DNA of 64,000 bases, from contig CM060732.1 in assembly GCA_030704615.1 (NCBI GenBank), forward strand, positions 28,148,001 through 28,212,000. Direction: 5' to 3'. The notes under the pieces are model-generated. The model was not told the origin of the DNA. It was given only the letters and a program-made list of their open reading frames with translations, and did not search any database. The translations under genes and the position numbers were made by a program. The stretch is from Takakia lepidozioides (Eukaryota; Plantae; Bryophyta). Shown here one piece after another: positions 22,198 to 33,745 of this stretch. Positions within the stretch are counted from its first letter, which is position 1. The number at the start of each line of letters is the position of its first letter.

Positions 22198-23616
22198 CTA
22201 TGTTGCAACCTCTTGAGCAGTACTCCTTACCTGCTCAGTCAATGACAAGGCCTCATCTTGCCCCATCATCTCATCATCGAGGACTTCCTCAACCTGAGAA
22301 AAATCCCCAGCCTCATCCATCACCGCCACCTTGGCTGCCAACTCCCTCTGAACCTCGAGCACCTCCCACGTGTGCCATGGATGCCTGCACCCCGTGGTCC
22401 TCATATGCTTGCCCCCACTCACTGCCTGTACCGTCTCGGTAGGCAGAGAGACCAGCGAGGGAAGTGCACTCCGCACTCTACGTTGCTCAGCCATAGCCAA
22501 GCTGATAATGGAGGTCAAGCAATTGAGATCCATTGCTTGCCCCAACACCTGACGACGTGCTGCCTCAGAAAGAAATGACACCGCCGTGGTACCAGTGATA
22601 AAACCCATTGCCGGCTCACGCTTGTCAGCATTAGGCTCCACTACCTGCTGCAACTGAGCATCCCACATGAGGCCAGGTCCACAATCCCGGAAAGCATGCG
22701 ATCCTGGGAAGCTGAGCAGTGTAGGTAATGCTGCTCGTGGTTGACCCACCTTGTTGACCACTGCCAAAGGCGAATGGTCATCGTGTCTCATATGCTGAGA
22801 CTGCCTCTCTATGTCCAGAATGCTATCCACTGTGAGATGTACTGGCCGCTGCACCCCATCAAATGCACGCTTGAGCAGTGCGGGTGGTATCAAGTTAGTC
22901 CACCATAGCTGTGGACGATGAGCCCGTGACCCCATTGTAGCTGCATCTAACAACACTGCTAACCCAAGCCACGACTGGACTTGATGCACACTGGCCATCA
23001 CCCTGGCCCGAGAATCGCCCATCAGTGGCACATTTTCCAAGATGTATGTAGGAGATACAGGCTGATGAAGCTGCAAGTGGCGCAAAACCCGCACCATCTC
23101 CCAAAACAGACCCGACCTCGAGTCTCGCAATCCATTGCCATGCCTGGCTGATGAATGCCCTTGGCAGGGCCAACTTGCCACTACCAGATCAATGGAGCCA
23201 ACCCGCTCTAAATCCTGCGCCCCCAACAACGAAATGTCTATTGGCAAGGTCTGCTGATATCCACGAACTGCAGCCACCGGCAACAACTCAGGGAACCGCT
23301 GCACCAACTGAGCAACATGGCGAAATGAAATATGTCGTGCAGTCTCATCCCTCTCCACATACAGGTAACGCCAAACTCGTACACCTGCCTGTAACACAGC
23401 AGCCAATCCGGTGCTGATCCCGCCAAACAAGTCCAGAAGACAAATGCCTTCATCCGGATACTGCCACACAATAGGTGTGGTGTCCAATGGAGACAACTGA
23501 GGTGGTCCTGGTGCAATCCCCGCACTCTCTTCTACTCCTGATGATACAAAAGCCTCCACCCAGGCTTGTTGCACCCGTCGATCAGCAACCCACTGCAATC
23601 CTTGGTCGTGCCCCAC
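22198..23616 (-). CDS. DNMT3-like methyltransferase (copy B)
   Basis: LLDLFGGISTG, SWPCQG, ILENV, AHRPQLWWTNL, LGQAMD. Ends EVAT-TAG-CAACCA. Confidence 0.92.
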   Translation of the reverse strand: MGHDQGLQWVADRRVQQAWVEAFVSSGVEESAGIAPGPPQLSPLDTTPIVWQYPDEGICLLDLFGGISTGLAAVLQAGVRVWRYLYVERDETARHISFRHVAQLVQRFPELLPVAAVRGYQQTLPIDISLLGAQDLERVGSIDLVVASWPCQGHSSARHGNGLRDSRSGLFWEMVRVLRHLQLHQPVSPTYILENVPLMGDSRARVMASVHQVQSWLGLAVLLDAATMGSRAHRPQLWWTNLIPPALLKRAFDGVQRPVHLTVDSILDIERQSQHMRHDDHSPLAVVNKVGQPRAALPTLLSFPGSHAFRDCGPGLMWDAQLQQVVEPNADKREPAMGFITGTTAVSFLSEAARRQVLGQAMDLNCLTSIISLAMAEQRRVRSALPSLVSLPTETVQAVSGGKHMRTTGCRHPWHTWEVLEVQRELAAKVAVMDEAGDFSQVEEVLDDEMMGQDEALSLTEQVRSTAQEVAT

Positions 23617-24962
23617 AATGGAGTCTGAGCAACCATGGCAGGCAACTCTGCCATATCATACATGTCATCCTGTTCTCCTGGAGGTATGTCATCCTCTGAA
23701 TGAGCGTTTCCCTCAAGCAACTCTCCGGGCCAAGTCAGTACAGCTGTAAATGCTGCTAGTGTGGGCATCTTGCCCCGCTGGGCAACCGCAACTCCTCCTA
23801 TAAACGTCACAGGGAGCTGCACACGCCAGCCCTCCCCTGACTGCCATCCAAGCCTATAGGAAGCTAACTCCTCCCAAAAATCCAGGGTGAAGCCCATGGG
23901 GTACAACACTGCCCCACCAACTAGGACATCGTACGAGACTGCGTCTGTCACAATGGCCTTGGCTCGCATCACTGAGCCATCTGTAGGGTGATCCAGCCGT
24001 AGTCTGATAGCCAACTCATGCCGTGTCATGCCCCGAGAATGCTCCGATACTCCCAGGGACGTCTGTATCTGGAAAGGACAAGGCTCCATATCCGCCTTCG
24101 TGAGGCCCAAGCCTGCAATAGCAGCTCTGCCCAACATCAATGGCTGAGCTCCCGAGTCCAACAAGACCCGCAGTGGCCGGTACCTCTTGCCTGCCGGTCC
24201 ATTCAAACAGAAAATGCCACCCTGGTTGTCTAACATGAGAACTCCAGGTGTCACCATGGCGCGCTCAATGGCTGGCCTAGCTGGCAGCTCCATCAACCTG
24301 GCAGCTGCAGCTTGCCATGGCGCCGCCGTGGCAGTCTTGACCCTCAAATCCGAGGATCCCTCCGGTACTACACCTCCCACTATCTCCGCAGAAGATGAAG
24401 TAACCTCCCCACTCTCACAAAGTGTAGCTGCCAGCCTGAACACCTCAGCTGGTTTTACCCCCGGCGTCGCAATCATGGTAGCCGAGAACAATGGAGCCTG
24501 ACACACAGATGTGGCCGCTCCCAGTAACACACTAGCTGCCGTAGCCTTGGCAACACTAGGTAGTGGTGCTACCCGTGTAGCTCTCCCCAATGACGTAATA
24601 ACCTCCACCTCGGTATCAGTCGGGCGAGTACTAGGTGCCATGGATGACGTCGACACTGTCTCCGCCAATGTGAATGACTGAGGAAGCTTGGCCTGACGGC
24701 TTGCCTCCCCACGCTGTGGATCCAACTCCACCTCCACACCTTGTGGCTCAGGAACTTGTGCTGCTCCTCGAGTCACTGCTGCGGCTGACTCCACTTGCAC
24801 TAGTGGTAGTCCTGCCCCGCACATATTGGTAGTGGTAGTGGCACCCCTCATTAGTGGTAGTGCTGCCCCGCACATGAATCCCATGCCTCCCATATCTCCT
24901 CCTTCAGGAGCAGGAGCTGGACCATCCGGCCTTGGAGCCGGTACCACCTGAGATGTGGCCAT
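23532..24962 (-). CDS. Linker plus aspartic protease (copy B)
   Basis: LRVLLDSGAQ. Confidence 0.85.
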   Translation of the reverse strand: MATSQVVPAPRPDGPAPAPEGGDMGGMGFMCGAALPLMRGATTTTNMCGAGLPLVQVESAAAVTRGAAQVPEPQGVEVELDPQRGEASRQAKLPQSFTLAETVSTSSMAPSTRPTDTEVEVITSLGRATRVAPLPSVAKATAASVLLGAATSVCQAPLFSATMIATPGVKPAEVFRLAATLCESGEVTSSSAEIVGGVVPEGSSDLRVKTATAAPWQAAAARLMELPARPAIERAMVTPGVLMLDNQGGIFCLNGPAGKRYRPLRVLLDSGAQPLMLGRAAIAGLGLTKADMEPCPFQIQTSLGVSEHSRGMTRHELAIRLRLDHPTDGSVMRAKAIVTDAVSYDVLVGGAVLYPMGFTLDFWEELASYRLGWQSGEGWRVQLPVTFIGGVAVAQRGKMPTLAAFTAVLTWPGELLEGNAHSEDDIPPGEQDDMYDMAELPAMVAQTPLWGTTKDCSGLLIDGCNKPGWRLLYHQE

Positions 24963-24974
24963 GGCAGCGAGCCT

Positions 24975-26417
24975 CTACTCTAGCTGCTGAAGCCGGTTGG
25001 CCATGCCTTTGTCACCACCCTGACCTCCGCATCCTTGGCCATGTTGAGCTTGCCCTTGGCCTGCACCTCGTGCCTGGCCACCTCGTCCTCTCTGGGCTGC
25101 TCCACCTCGCCCCCGACCACCATTGTTCCCTTGGAACTGGCCTGGGCGCAACTCAGGATGCAAACCATAACACTGGGCTTCTCCATGCCCGTACTTGCCA
25201 CAATGCCCACACAACAACTGTGCAGGCTGTGCATGTGCCGGCCCTTTGCCTCCCTCTGGGCAATCCTTCTTGACATGGGGTCCTCCACATGTCCAGCACA
25301 CCACATCCGCCCGTTGTCGGCCAGCAAATGAAGGGAGAGACCCCTGCATCTGAGGTCCTCTCTGCCCTTCCCTGAGCTTCACCTGAGCCCCCTTGTTGCC
25401 TTGAGCATGTTGAGGTAGTGGTTGGCTAGGAGCATCACTACCCCGTGGTGTCTCCTTAGCAAATCCCACCATGACCACTCGTTCCTCCACCATGTTGAGC
25501 TCTATCCGCTCTGCCAACAAAAACACATTTGCTAAGGTGGGTTGGGCCGCTCGTAGGAGAGTTGCATCCCGCACCCTTCTCCTCAGCTCCTTGTCCAATA
25601 TCCTATACCAGAATTGGACTGCCTGAGCTTCCGTAACCTCTTGGGTTACATTTATCAAGTGCCTCATGCGAGTGAAAACCTCCCTCAAGCTCCCAGTCGG
25701 CTTCCGTTGGAACTTTTGCAAACTCCGCAACTTCTCTGTCCTCACCACTTGGTAGTTCCCTCTCAACTCTTCGAAGAATTCCACAATAGGGTTGAAGGCA
25801 GGCACGGGTACTGGTGCTGGTGCGGTAGTAGCTTGGGTGGACGTCATAGCTATGGTACCACCAGTCCTACTAGTCCCACTGCTGCTTGCTGAAGCAGCCG
25901 GTGCAGCTACTGCCCTCGTGGCTCTAGTGCCCCTAGTGATGGAGACATAGTCGAGTGACCAGTACATTCTCCACACCTCGATCTCAACCTCATGCCCCCG
26001 CCTGAACTCATGGTAATCATCTATAGGCGGCCCCTCAAGGTGCTGAAACAGCCCCTTCCATGCCATGAAAGGCGTAAATAGTTGTGGATTGCGCATTTGC
26101 TGCAAATCACACCAACTATCAAACTCTTGGATAAAATCATCCAACTCGATGGTGCCCACCACCCCAGAGTACCTTCGTGGCCCCTTGGTAGCTCCATACA
26201 TCTCCTCCATTGTGTCCCACAACAATGGCAAGGAAACAACTTGCACCGCCGGTATGAGTCATCCTGATTCACAATCCAAATCAGAACCTTTCGTAGAAGA
26301 CACAGGAGGTGAAGGTGGCCTAAACCGCACACCTCGTCTCGTGTACCCACTAGTATCACTAGTGCTCGAACCGGCACTGTCCCCAGCAACTAGTGGCACC
26401 TCCGTGTTGACACTCAA
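24975..26417 (-). CDS. Gag (copy B) with two zinc knuckles
   Basis: CWTCGGPHVKKDC and CGHCGKYGHGEAQC. The stop at 24975 is CAG in copy A. Confidence 0.85.
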
Positions 26418-27149
26418 CCGGTCATGAACATGTCCCTAACCCCCTCTCCACAAGGTAACCGGGTAGAGAACCTGTTGCGGCTTATGGTTTGGAATACTAA
26501 GTTCCTAACATAGCCTACACCTGTACCTGTATCCACCGCAAGCACTCCTATGGTTGGCTGGTCATCACCTCCAACCTCACCACAGGAGAAACAATGATGG
26601 TCTGGCTCGTCATCACCCCAACCTCACCATCGACAGCGTGCTCTAGGACTGGCCAGTGATCAAATCCGGACCAATTACCTATAAAAACAAGCGCCCACAC
26701 AAAACTAGCATGGCGCATAGTCAAGCATGCGGGTATGGAGGGGATCCAAACACAAGAAATTAGAACGACAACTCCCCCATACCAAAAACAACTCCACGGT
26801 GTTGCTCCTACAAGGATACCCCAGCCCAAACCCGGACTGACTCTTGCCTCCACCTACGGAAAGGTCTTGGCCTAATGAGAGGGTGGAAAACTACGAGGAA
26901 GAGAAGCTAAAACAATGCCTAACCCCAACATTCCCTCATCCCAACACTCTTTTTCTCCTCTCTTCCCTCACTTGCATGACCATGGAAATATCATGAAGAT
27001 ACTTCTCAAACCGCCCTCCACGAGCTTCAAAATTCGGCCTTCAAGACCACATGGCTGTCCTTAGGCAGTCCACCAGTGCCTCCACGAGTCAGCACATGCC
27101 TTCCACAGATCAACACGGGCCACCATAGACTAGCACAGGCCCACATAGA

Positions 27150-27815
27150 TCACTAGTCACAGCAATCACTGCCCCACACAGGCCACAGCCTGTCACAGCC
27201 CTACACAGGTCACAGGGGTCACAGCCCCAAAGGCCACAGCCCGTCACAGCCCTACACAGGTTAGAGGGGTCATAGCCCCAAAGGCCACAGCCTGTCACAG
27301 CCCCTCACAGTCCATCACAGCCTGTCACAGCCCTACACAGATCACAGGGGTCACAGCCACAGCCTATCACAGGTCAGAGGGGTCACATGGCACATGGCAC
27401 AGCCTGTCACAGCCCCTCACAGCCCGTCACAGCCCCACAGGCCACAAGGCATAGCCTGTCACTGCCCCTCACAGCCCGTCACAGCCCCATAGGCCACAGG
27501 GCGCAGCCTGTCACAGCCCCTCACAGCCTGTCACAGCCCCAAAGGCCACAGCCCGTCACAGCCCCACAGGCCACAGGGCACAGCCCCTCACAGCCCCTCA
27601 CAGCCCCACAGGCCACTGGGCACAGCCCACCACAGCCCATCACAGCCCCATAGACCACAGGGCACAGCCCATCACAACCCATCAGAACCCATCACAACCT
27701 GTCACAGCTCGCCACAGCCTGGCAACGCCCCACAGGCCACAGGGCACAGCCCGTCACAGCCCCACAGGCCACATGGCACAGCTTGTCACAGCCCGCCACA
27801 GCCCCACAGGCCACT
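27150..27815. repeat. Degenerate CACAGCC array in the element leader
   Basis: Dozens of (GT)CACAGCC(C/T) units; also at 19340-19500. Confidence 0.9.
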
Positions 27816-29198
27816 CATGACAGTTTAGCCATTTCTCCAAGGGGTTTAGCCACGCCAAGCTAGGGTTTGTGTCTCTTGGACTCTAGGCTTCTTTGCACCG
27901 AGCTATGGCGGCTGTGAAGAAATCAGCAAGGTATTCTTGCTCTTTCGGCTCCCACACACCATCAATAGTAGCCCTAAGCCATGAGGAAGATGGTTGCCAC
28001 AAACCAAGCCTTCTTTCTCACTTAGACTCCCCAAACACGCCACTAAACTCAATGGCAAACAACCGAGCCTTGTTGGTTTCCAGCCCTATGAGCACTCATT
28101 CAAGCGTTTCCCTTGGCCATAGCATCTGTCTTAGAGCCTATTCTAGCCCCTTACACCTGCCACTTCAAGAGCCATGCTCTATCTAGGCTTGAGGTTGAAA
28201 CCCCAACTCAGAACACGCTCTACAAGTGTCGGACTGTCACATAAGAGCAGATCAGCCCCTTACCTTCTCTTCTAGTTCTCTAAAGCTTGAAAACAAAAGC
28301 CCAATGGACTGAAGGCATGCTCCACACATGCCCCACTCTCACCACCAGAGAATCAGCCCATTTGCTTTCTTTCTTGTACCCACCAACCTGAAAATACACG
28401 CTTCAGCGGGCTGGAAGCATGCTCCACACATGCCCTATAGGGAAACTAGCCCCTTCCTTCCTTCCTTTCTTGCACTCCCAAACCTGAAAGTACAAGCCTT
28501 CAACAGGCTGAAAGCATGCTCCACACATGCATTGCTCTCACATAAGGGAAGTCAGCCCTTCCCTCTTCCTTGCTTGCCTCCAAGCTTGAAGATGGAAGCT
28601 TCAATGAGCTGAATACATGCTCCACACATGCAACCTCTTCACACAAGGGGTATCAGGCCCCTATTTTGGCTCCTTAGCTCCTTGATGCTCTCTAAGACAA
28701 GACTAAGCACTCCACAGCCCTTGCCAAGCTCCTGAAACCCTAAGGCTTACATTTCCAGCCACAAGACACTCCTCTTGTGGTGCAAGAGCTCTTATTCCAA
28801 GCTCTGAAACCCTAGGTGCACATTCCATGGCCTTGCCGCAACACTTAGCTCCTATTCTAGCCCTGCTCTTGCCATGACAAGAGCCCTCTCAATGCTGAAG
28901 CTCGAGATTGAAACCCAATCTCAACATACTCCACAAAGTGCACTGATTTGCCCCAAGCCAAATCAGCCCTTTCGCTTGGTCTTGTAATCCTGCAGCATGG
29001 TGCTTTCATCTCTGAAGCTGAAGATCGAATGCCAAGGTCTACCACCTCATAACCCACATCGCCTCCGCTTCTAACAAGCAAGAGCTCCACGGTGCTCCTT
29101 GCATAACAACCTGGTTTCTCTCATTCTCAAGCAAAAACCACAAGTGCTACAACTAACTCGTATCTGGCACTCACAGATACGAGCTCATCTTTCTCGGG

Positions 29199-29525
29199 TG
29201 ATAAAGATGAAGAATACAAGCACAAGCTCATGCGAGCTCACAAAGCTGAAGCATAAACTCATGCATATATAACCTCATCACTCAAATACGAGTCAAGCCA
29301 AGTACACCCCACGCCATGGGGAATCCACACTACGGCGCCATAGCTAGGCGCGGTGAGGCTCAACTCGAGAAAGATGAGCCTCTCGCGCTTGCCGTGAAGA
29401 TAACCACTCCAGGGCCTAAATCTGCCTTGACCCCTGGATTGACACTTAGGCCAATCCCAAATATCAATATGTAAAAGCTAGCTATTTCCTAGCTAGTTTC
29501 ACACTAGTGGTACAATAACTTGACA
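29199..29525 (-). repeat. Terminal repeat A1 (5' end of copy B)
   Basis: Homologous to A2; flanked by the GTAG TSD. Confidence 0.9.
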
Positions 29526-31032
29526 GTAGCCCTAAGCCATGAGGAAGATGGTTGCCACAAACCAAGCCTTCTTTCTCACTTAGACTCCCCAAACACGCCA
29601 CTAAACTCAATGGCAAACAACCAAGCCTTGCTGGTTTCCAGCCCTTGTGAGCACTCATTCAAGCGTTTTCCTTGGCCATAGCATCTGTCTTAGAGCCTAT
29701 TCTAGCCCCCTACACCTGCCACTTCAAGAGCCATGCTCTATCTAGGTTTGAGGTTGAAACCCCACCTCACATATGCCCTACAAGTGCTTTTCTTTCACCC
29801 AAGTGGGAACCAGCCCTAGCCCTTCCATTCTAGCTCTCTAAAGCTTGAAAACAAAAGCCCAATGGACTGAAGGCATGCTCCACACATGCCCCACTCTCAC
29901 CACAAGAGAATCAGCCCCTTTGCTTCCTTTCTTACACCCACCAACCTAAAAAATACACGCTTCAGCGGGCTGGAAGCATGCTCCACACATGCCCTACAGG
30001 GAAACCAGCCCCTTCCTTCCTTTCTTGCACTCCCAAACCTGAAAGTACAAGCCTTCAACAGGCTGAAAGCATGCTCCACACATGCATTGCTCTCACATAA
30101 GGGAAGTCAGCCCTTCCCTCTTCCTTGCTTGCCCTCCAACTTGAAGATGAAAGCTTCAATGAGCTGAATACATGCTCCACACATGCAACCTCTTCACACA
30201 AGAGGTATCAGGCCCATATCTTGGCTCCTTGTCTCATTGATGCTCTCTAAGACAAGACTAAGCACTCCACAGCCTTTGTCAAGCTCCTGAAACCCTAAGG
30301 CTTACATTTCCAGCCACAAGACACTCCTCTTGTGGTGCAAGAGCTCTTCTTCCAAGCTCTGAAACCCTAGGTGCACATTCCATTGTCTTGCCACACCTCT
30401 TAGCTCCTATTCCAGCCCTGCTCTTGCCATGATAAGAGCCCTCTCAATGCTGAAGCTCGAGATTGAAACCCAATCTCAACATACTCCACAAAGTGCACTG
30501 CAGCATGGTGCTTTCATCTCTGAAGCTGAAGATCGAATGCCAAGGTCTACCACCTCGTAACCCACATCGCCTCCATTTCTAACAACCAAGAGCTTCACGG
30601 TGCTCCTTGCATAACAACCTGGTTTCTCTCATTCTCAAGCAAAAACCACAAGTGCTACAACTAACTCGTATCTGGCACTCACAGATACGAGCTCATCTTT
30701 CTCGAGTGATAAAGATGAAGAATACAAGCACAAGCTCATGCGAGCTCACAAAGCTGAAGCATAAACTCATGCATATATAACCTCATCACTCAAATACAAG
30801 TCAAGCCAAGTGCACCCCACGCCATGGGGAATCCACACTACGGCACCATAGCTAGCGCGGTGAGGCTCAACTCGAGAAAGATGAGCCTCCCGCGCTTGCC
30901 GTGAAGATAACCACTCTAGGGCCTAAATCTGCCTTGACCCCTGGATTGACACTTGGGCCAATCCCAAATGTCAGTATGTAAAAACTAGCTATTTCTTAGC
31001 TAGTTTCACACTAGTGGTCAAATAACTTGACA
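29526..31032 (-). mobile_element. 5' end of host copy B' (repeat A at 30707-31032 plus leader)
   Basis: Direct repeat of 27968-29525. Confidence 0.8.
30691..30706 (-). promoter_or_regulatory. Putative self-priming PBS
   Basis: Perfect 16-nt reverse complement of 30871-30886 inside repeat A. No TGG tRNA-type PBS at this position. Confidence 0.7.
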
Positions 31033-32369
31033 TTTCAAATAACCTTCTCTTTTTGCTGAATATTTGTGGAGTCTAGCTTCCCTTTCATCACTCATGTCCC
31101 ATATCTTTCATATCTTCAATGAGGCAATAACCAAAACTCTCTGCTGTAGTATCTCTCGTATATGCCTAGATATCTTTCAAGCTTTAACTTGAACGATACG
31201 GGTTTGCATTTGGTTTTTCCCTTTCTTTTGCGGCTGGGGTCTTCTTCGAAACCATATGGCAAGCACGTCTGAAAAGTTGTTCTTGGTGTAAGTGATCCAC
31301 AAGATATCCTTAGGAATCCAATTCTTTACTAGTTCAAGTTCTTCATGCATGTGAGTGTAAACATTCACCTTCCATTCCTCCCAGCTTTCAAACTCCACTC
31401 GTTTAATGGATAGCAACTCTATCACATAAACGAGTGTTGGTAACCAACTTGCTCTCCCTCTACAGGCCACTTGATAAATCTTTATCACTCCTTTCTCCAG
31501 ACCCCACTCTGGATCAACATCATGCACTCTCTTAAGGATGTTTTCTTTGCAACCGTCTGGCAATTCCAATAACCTCTGAAAGAATTGTTTGGACAATCTT
31601 TCTTTCTCAGTTTCACAGGGAATTTGATTCATATCAAATTCCTTGATTCATATCAAATTCCTTGATTCTCCATTCACCATGATCCCACTAGATGCTCACA
31701 TCTGGTTGTTCTTGACTCAGTCCCCAGTATGGTCGCCGAATGTCGAGCGGCTTTTACTCACCCATCCCTTAGCTATCCAAGGTGGAAACTCCAAGATAGA
31801 AGAGTTGGAAATCTCTAAGTACTCAGCCCGCTTAGAACAATTAGTCATGACCTACAACTAGTGTATCATGGGGGTGCTTTCTATTTGTATTATTTCTCGC
31901 ATTCATGTTAGCAAGTTACCTTATTGTCTATGATTAAGTATCAGATTGCTTCTACATTCTACCATGTTCCATCTACTCAAGCATTCATTCTACAGCTTCA
32001 CTCGTATCTCTCTACACGGTGTGTGTATGAAATAAGAATCATATTAATATCTATCATGTATCAGGCCGAAGCCATGGTGTCTCTAATCTGCTTTACAGTG
32101 CATCTCTACAGCTTGCATGAATCAAGCATCATCTCATCATATCTCCTCCTCTGTGTAATCTCCATCCATGTGCTCCAAGATCGTGCTCTCTGCCTGATCT
32201 CCTCAAGTGATGACCAAGAAGTGCTCCAAGAAGTGACCCCCTCCATGTCGCTACTCTGCATATTCTACCTGCAAGCTGTTCTAACCGCCTAACTAACTAA
32301 CTGTCATCCAAGACAGAATGCACGTTCCCTCTGCAGATGTCGTTCCCACACAGTCGTTCCTTGTGAACG

Positions 32370-32635
32370 CTGTGACGGGTTGTGCCAAGCTGTGTCGGGC
32401 TGTGACTGTGCCGAGCTGTGACTGGCAGTGTCGCCCTGTGTCGGCCTGTGATAGACTGTGATAGGTTGTGACTGACTGTGATAGGCTGTGTAAGGTTGTG
32501 TGTCAGGCTGTGACTGAGTGTGATAGATTGTGATAGGTTGTGTAAGGCTGTGTCAGGCTGTGTAAGGCTGTAACAAGCTGTGTCAGGCTGTGTCAGGCTG
32601 CGACAGACTATGTAAGCCTGTGACTAACTGTGTGA
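32370..32635. repeat. GGCTGTG array
   Basis: Repeated GGCTGTG(A/T) units at about 10-bp spacing. Confidence 0.8.
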
Positions 32636-32799
32636 GCCTGCCTACCACCCCTAAGGCCTGTGTCTGTCACCCCTAAGGCCTCTGTTGGTCTGAGTCTACC
32701 ATCCGTAAGTCTCCACAAAACTAAGGGTACCCTACAGAACCCGTAAAACTGTCTAAATCCCATATAGAACTCTAACAGGAAAGTATAAAGGTTTCTCCC

Positions 32800-33745
32800 G
32801 GACGGAAATGCGGTGTCGCACCGCATTTCCGTTCTGAAAAGTATAAAGGTTTCCCCTGGACAAAAATGCAGTGCTGCATTTCCGTTGCACTATTTGATTA
32901 CTTACATGGATAACGGAAATGCGGTACCGCATTTCCGTTCCACTGTTACATGCCGTACATGTTGGACGGAAATGCGGCGCCGCATTTCCGTTCTAGAAAT
33001 TCGGAAGGTACACCTGGAACGGAAATGTAACACCGTATTTCCCTTCCACTGTTACATCCCTTACTTGTTGGACGGAAATGCGGTGCCGCATTTCCGTTGC
33101 ACTGTTACATGCCTTACTAGTTGGTCGGAAATGCTGCTCCGCATTTCCGTCCAGTAAAGTACAAATGTACACCGCGGACGGAAATGCGGTGCCGTATTTC
33201 TGATCCACAGTCACAGGGTTTACATGTTGGACGGAAATGCGGCGTCGCATTTCCGTTCCGGACGATTCAAAGGTAGACTTCGGACGGAAATGCGGTGCCG
33301 CATTTCCGTCCAAATGATACATGTCTTACTTGTTGGACGGAAATGCGGCGCATCAGTTCTTGTTGTGCCTCGGTTCTTGTTGTTCTCCATGTGTTGTCTT
33401 CCTTGTCTGCCTGAATTCTGCAAGGTTTTCAATCAAACTTACGTCCAATTCAACGTAACATGTGATTTCTTACTGTCTCACTGTTCACAATTTTGAAACA
33501 TTGGGGACGGAATGCGGCATCACATTTCCGTCCTCTGCATTCCTTAATAAAAGCCCGGACGGAAATGCGGCACCGTATTTCCGTTCCTGCCTATCGAAGG
33601 TGTCCCAGTCGACGGAAATGCGGTGTCGTTTTTCTGTTCCACCATGTCATCCTTGTCCCATTCGACCGAAATGCGATACCGTATTTCCGTTCCACCATGT
33701 CATCCTTGTCCCATTCGACCGAAATGCGATACCGTATTTCCGTTC
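32800..33745. repeat. 53-bp-period array: 16 copies of a 30-bp palindrome with 23-bp variable spacers
   Basis: Consensus GGACGGAAATGCGG-YR-CCGCATTTCCGTTC. Starts at 32800, 32858, 32911, 32964, 33017, 33070, 33123, 33176, 33229, 33282, 33335 (truncated), 33505, 33557, 33610, 33663, 33716. Confidence 0.93.

Larger units (their letters stand above)
19661..29525 (-). mobile_element. DNMT-gypsy copy B: both ends present, RT/RNase H deleted
   Basis: 4-bp TSD GTAG (19657-19660 and 29526-29529). Layout A1-leader-gag-PR-DNMT-INT-PHD-PPT-B1-A2-B2. Confidence 0.88.

Noticed and set aside
19661-29525. DIRS/Ngaro tyrosine-recombinase element
   Set aside because: Encodes a protease and DDE integrase, has a TSD, and no tyrosine recombinase ORF was seen.
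27968-31032. Tandem TRIM or simple 1.5-kb duplication
   Set aside because: Better explained by nested insertion, given the GTAG TSD and the empty site.
2860-31032. Copy A and B' as one element
   Set aside because: Flanks AAGG and TTTC do not match and a gap intervenes; unresolved.
32800-33745. True CRISPR array
   Set aside because: Eukaryotic TE context, no cas genes, degenerate repeats, and several spacers are mutually related.
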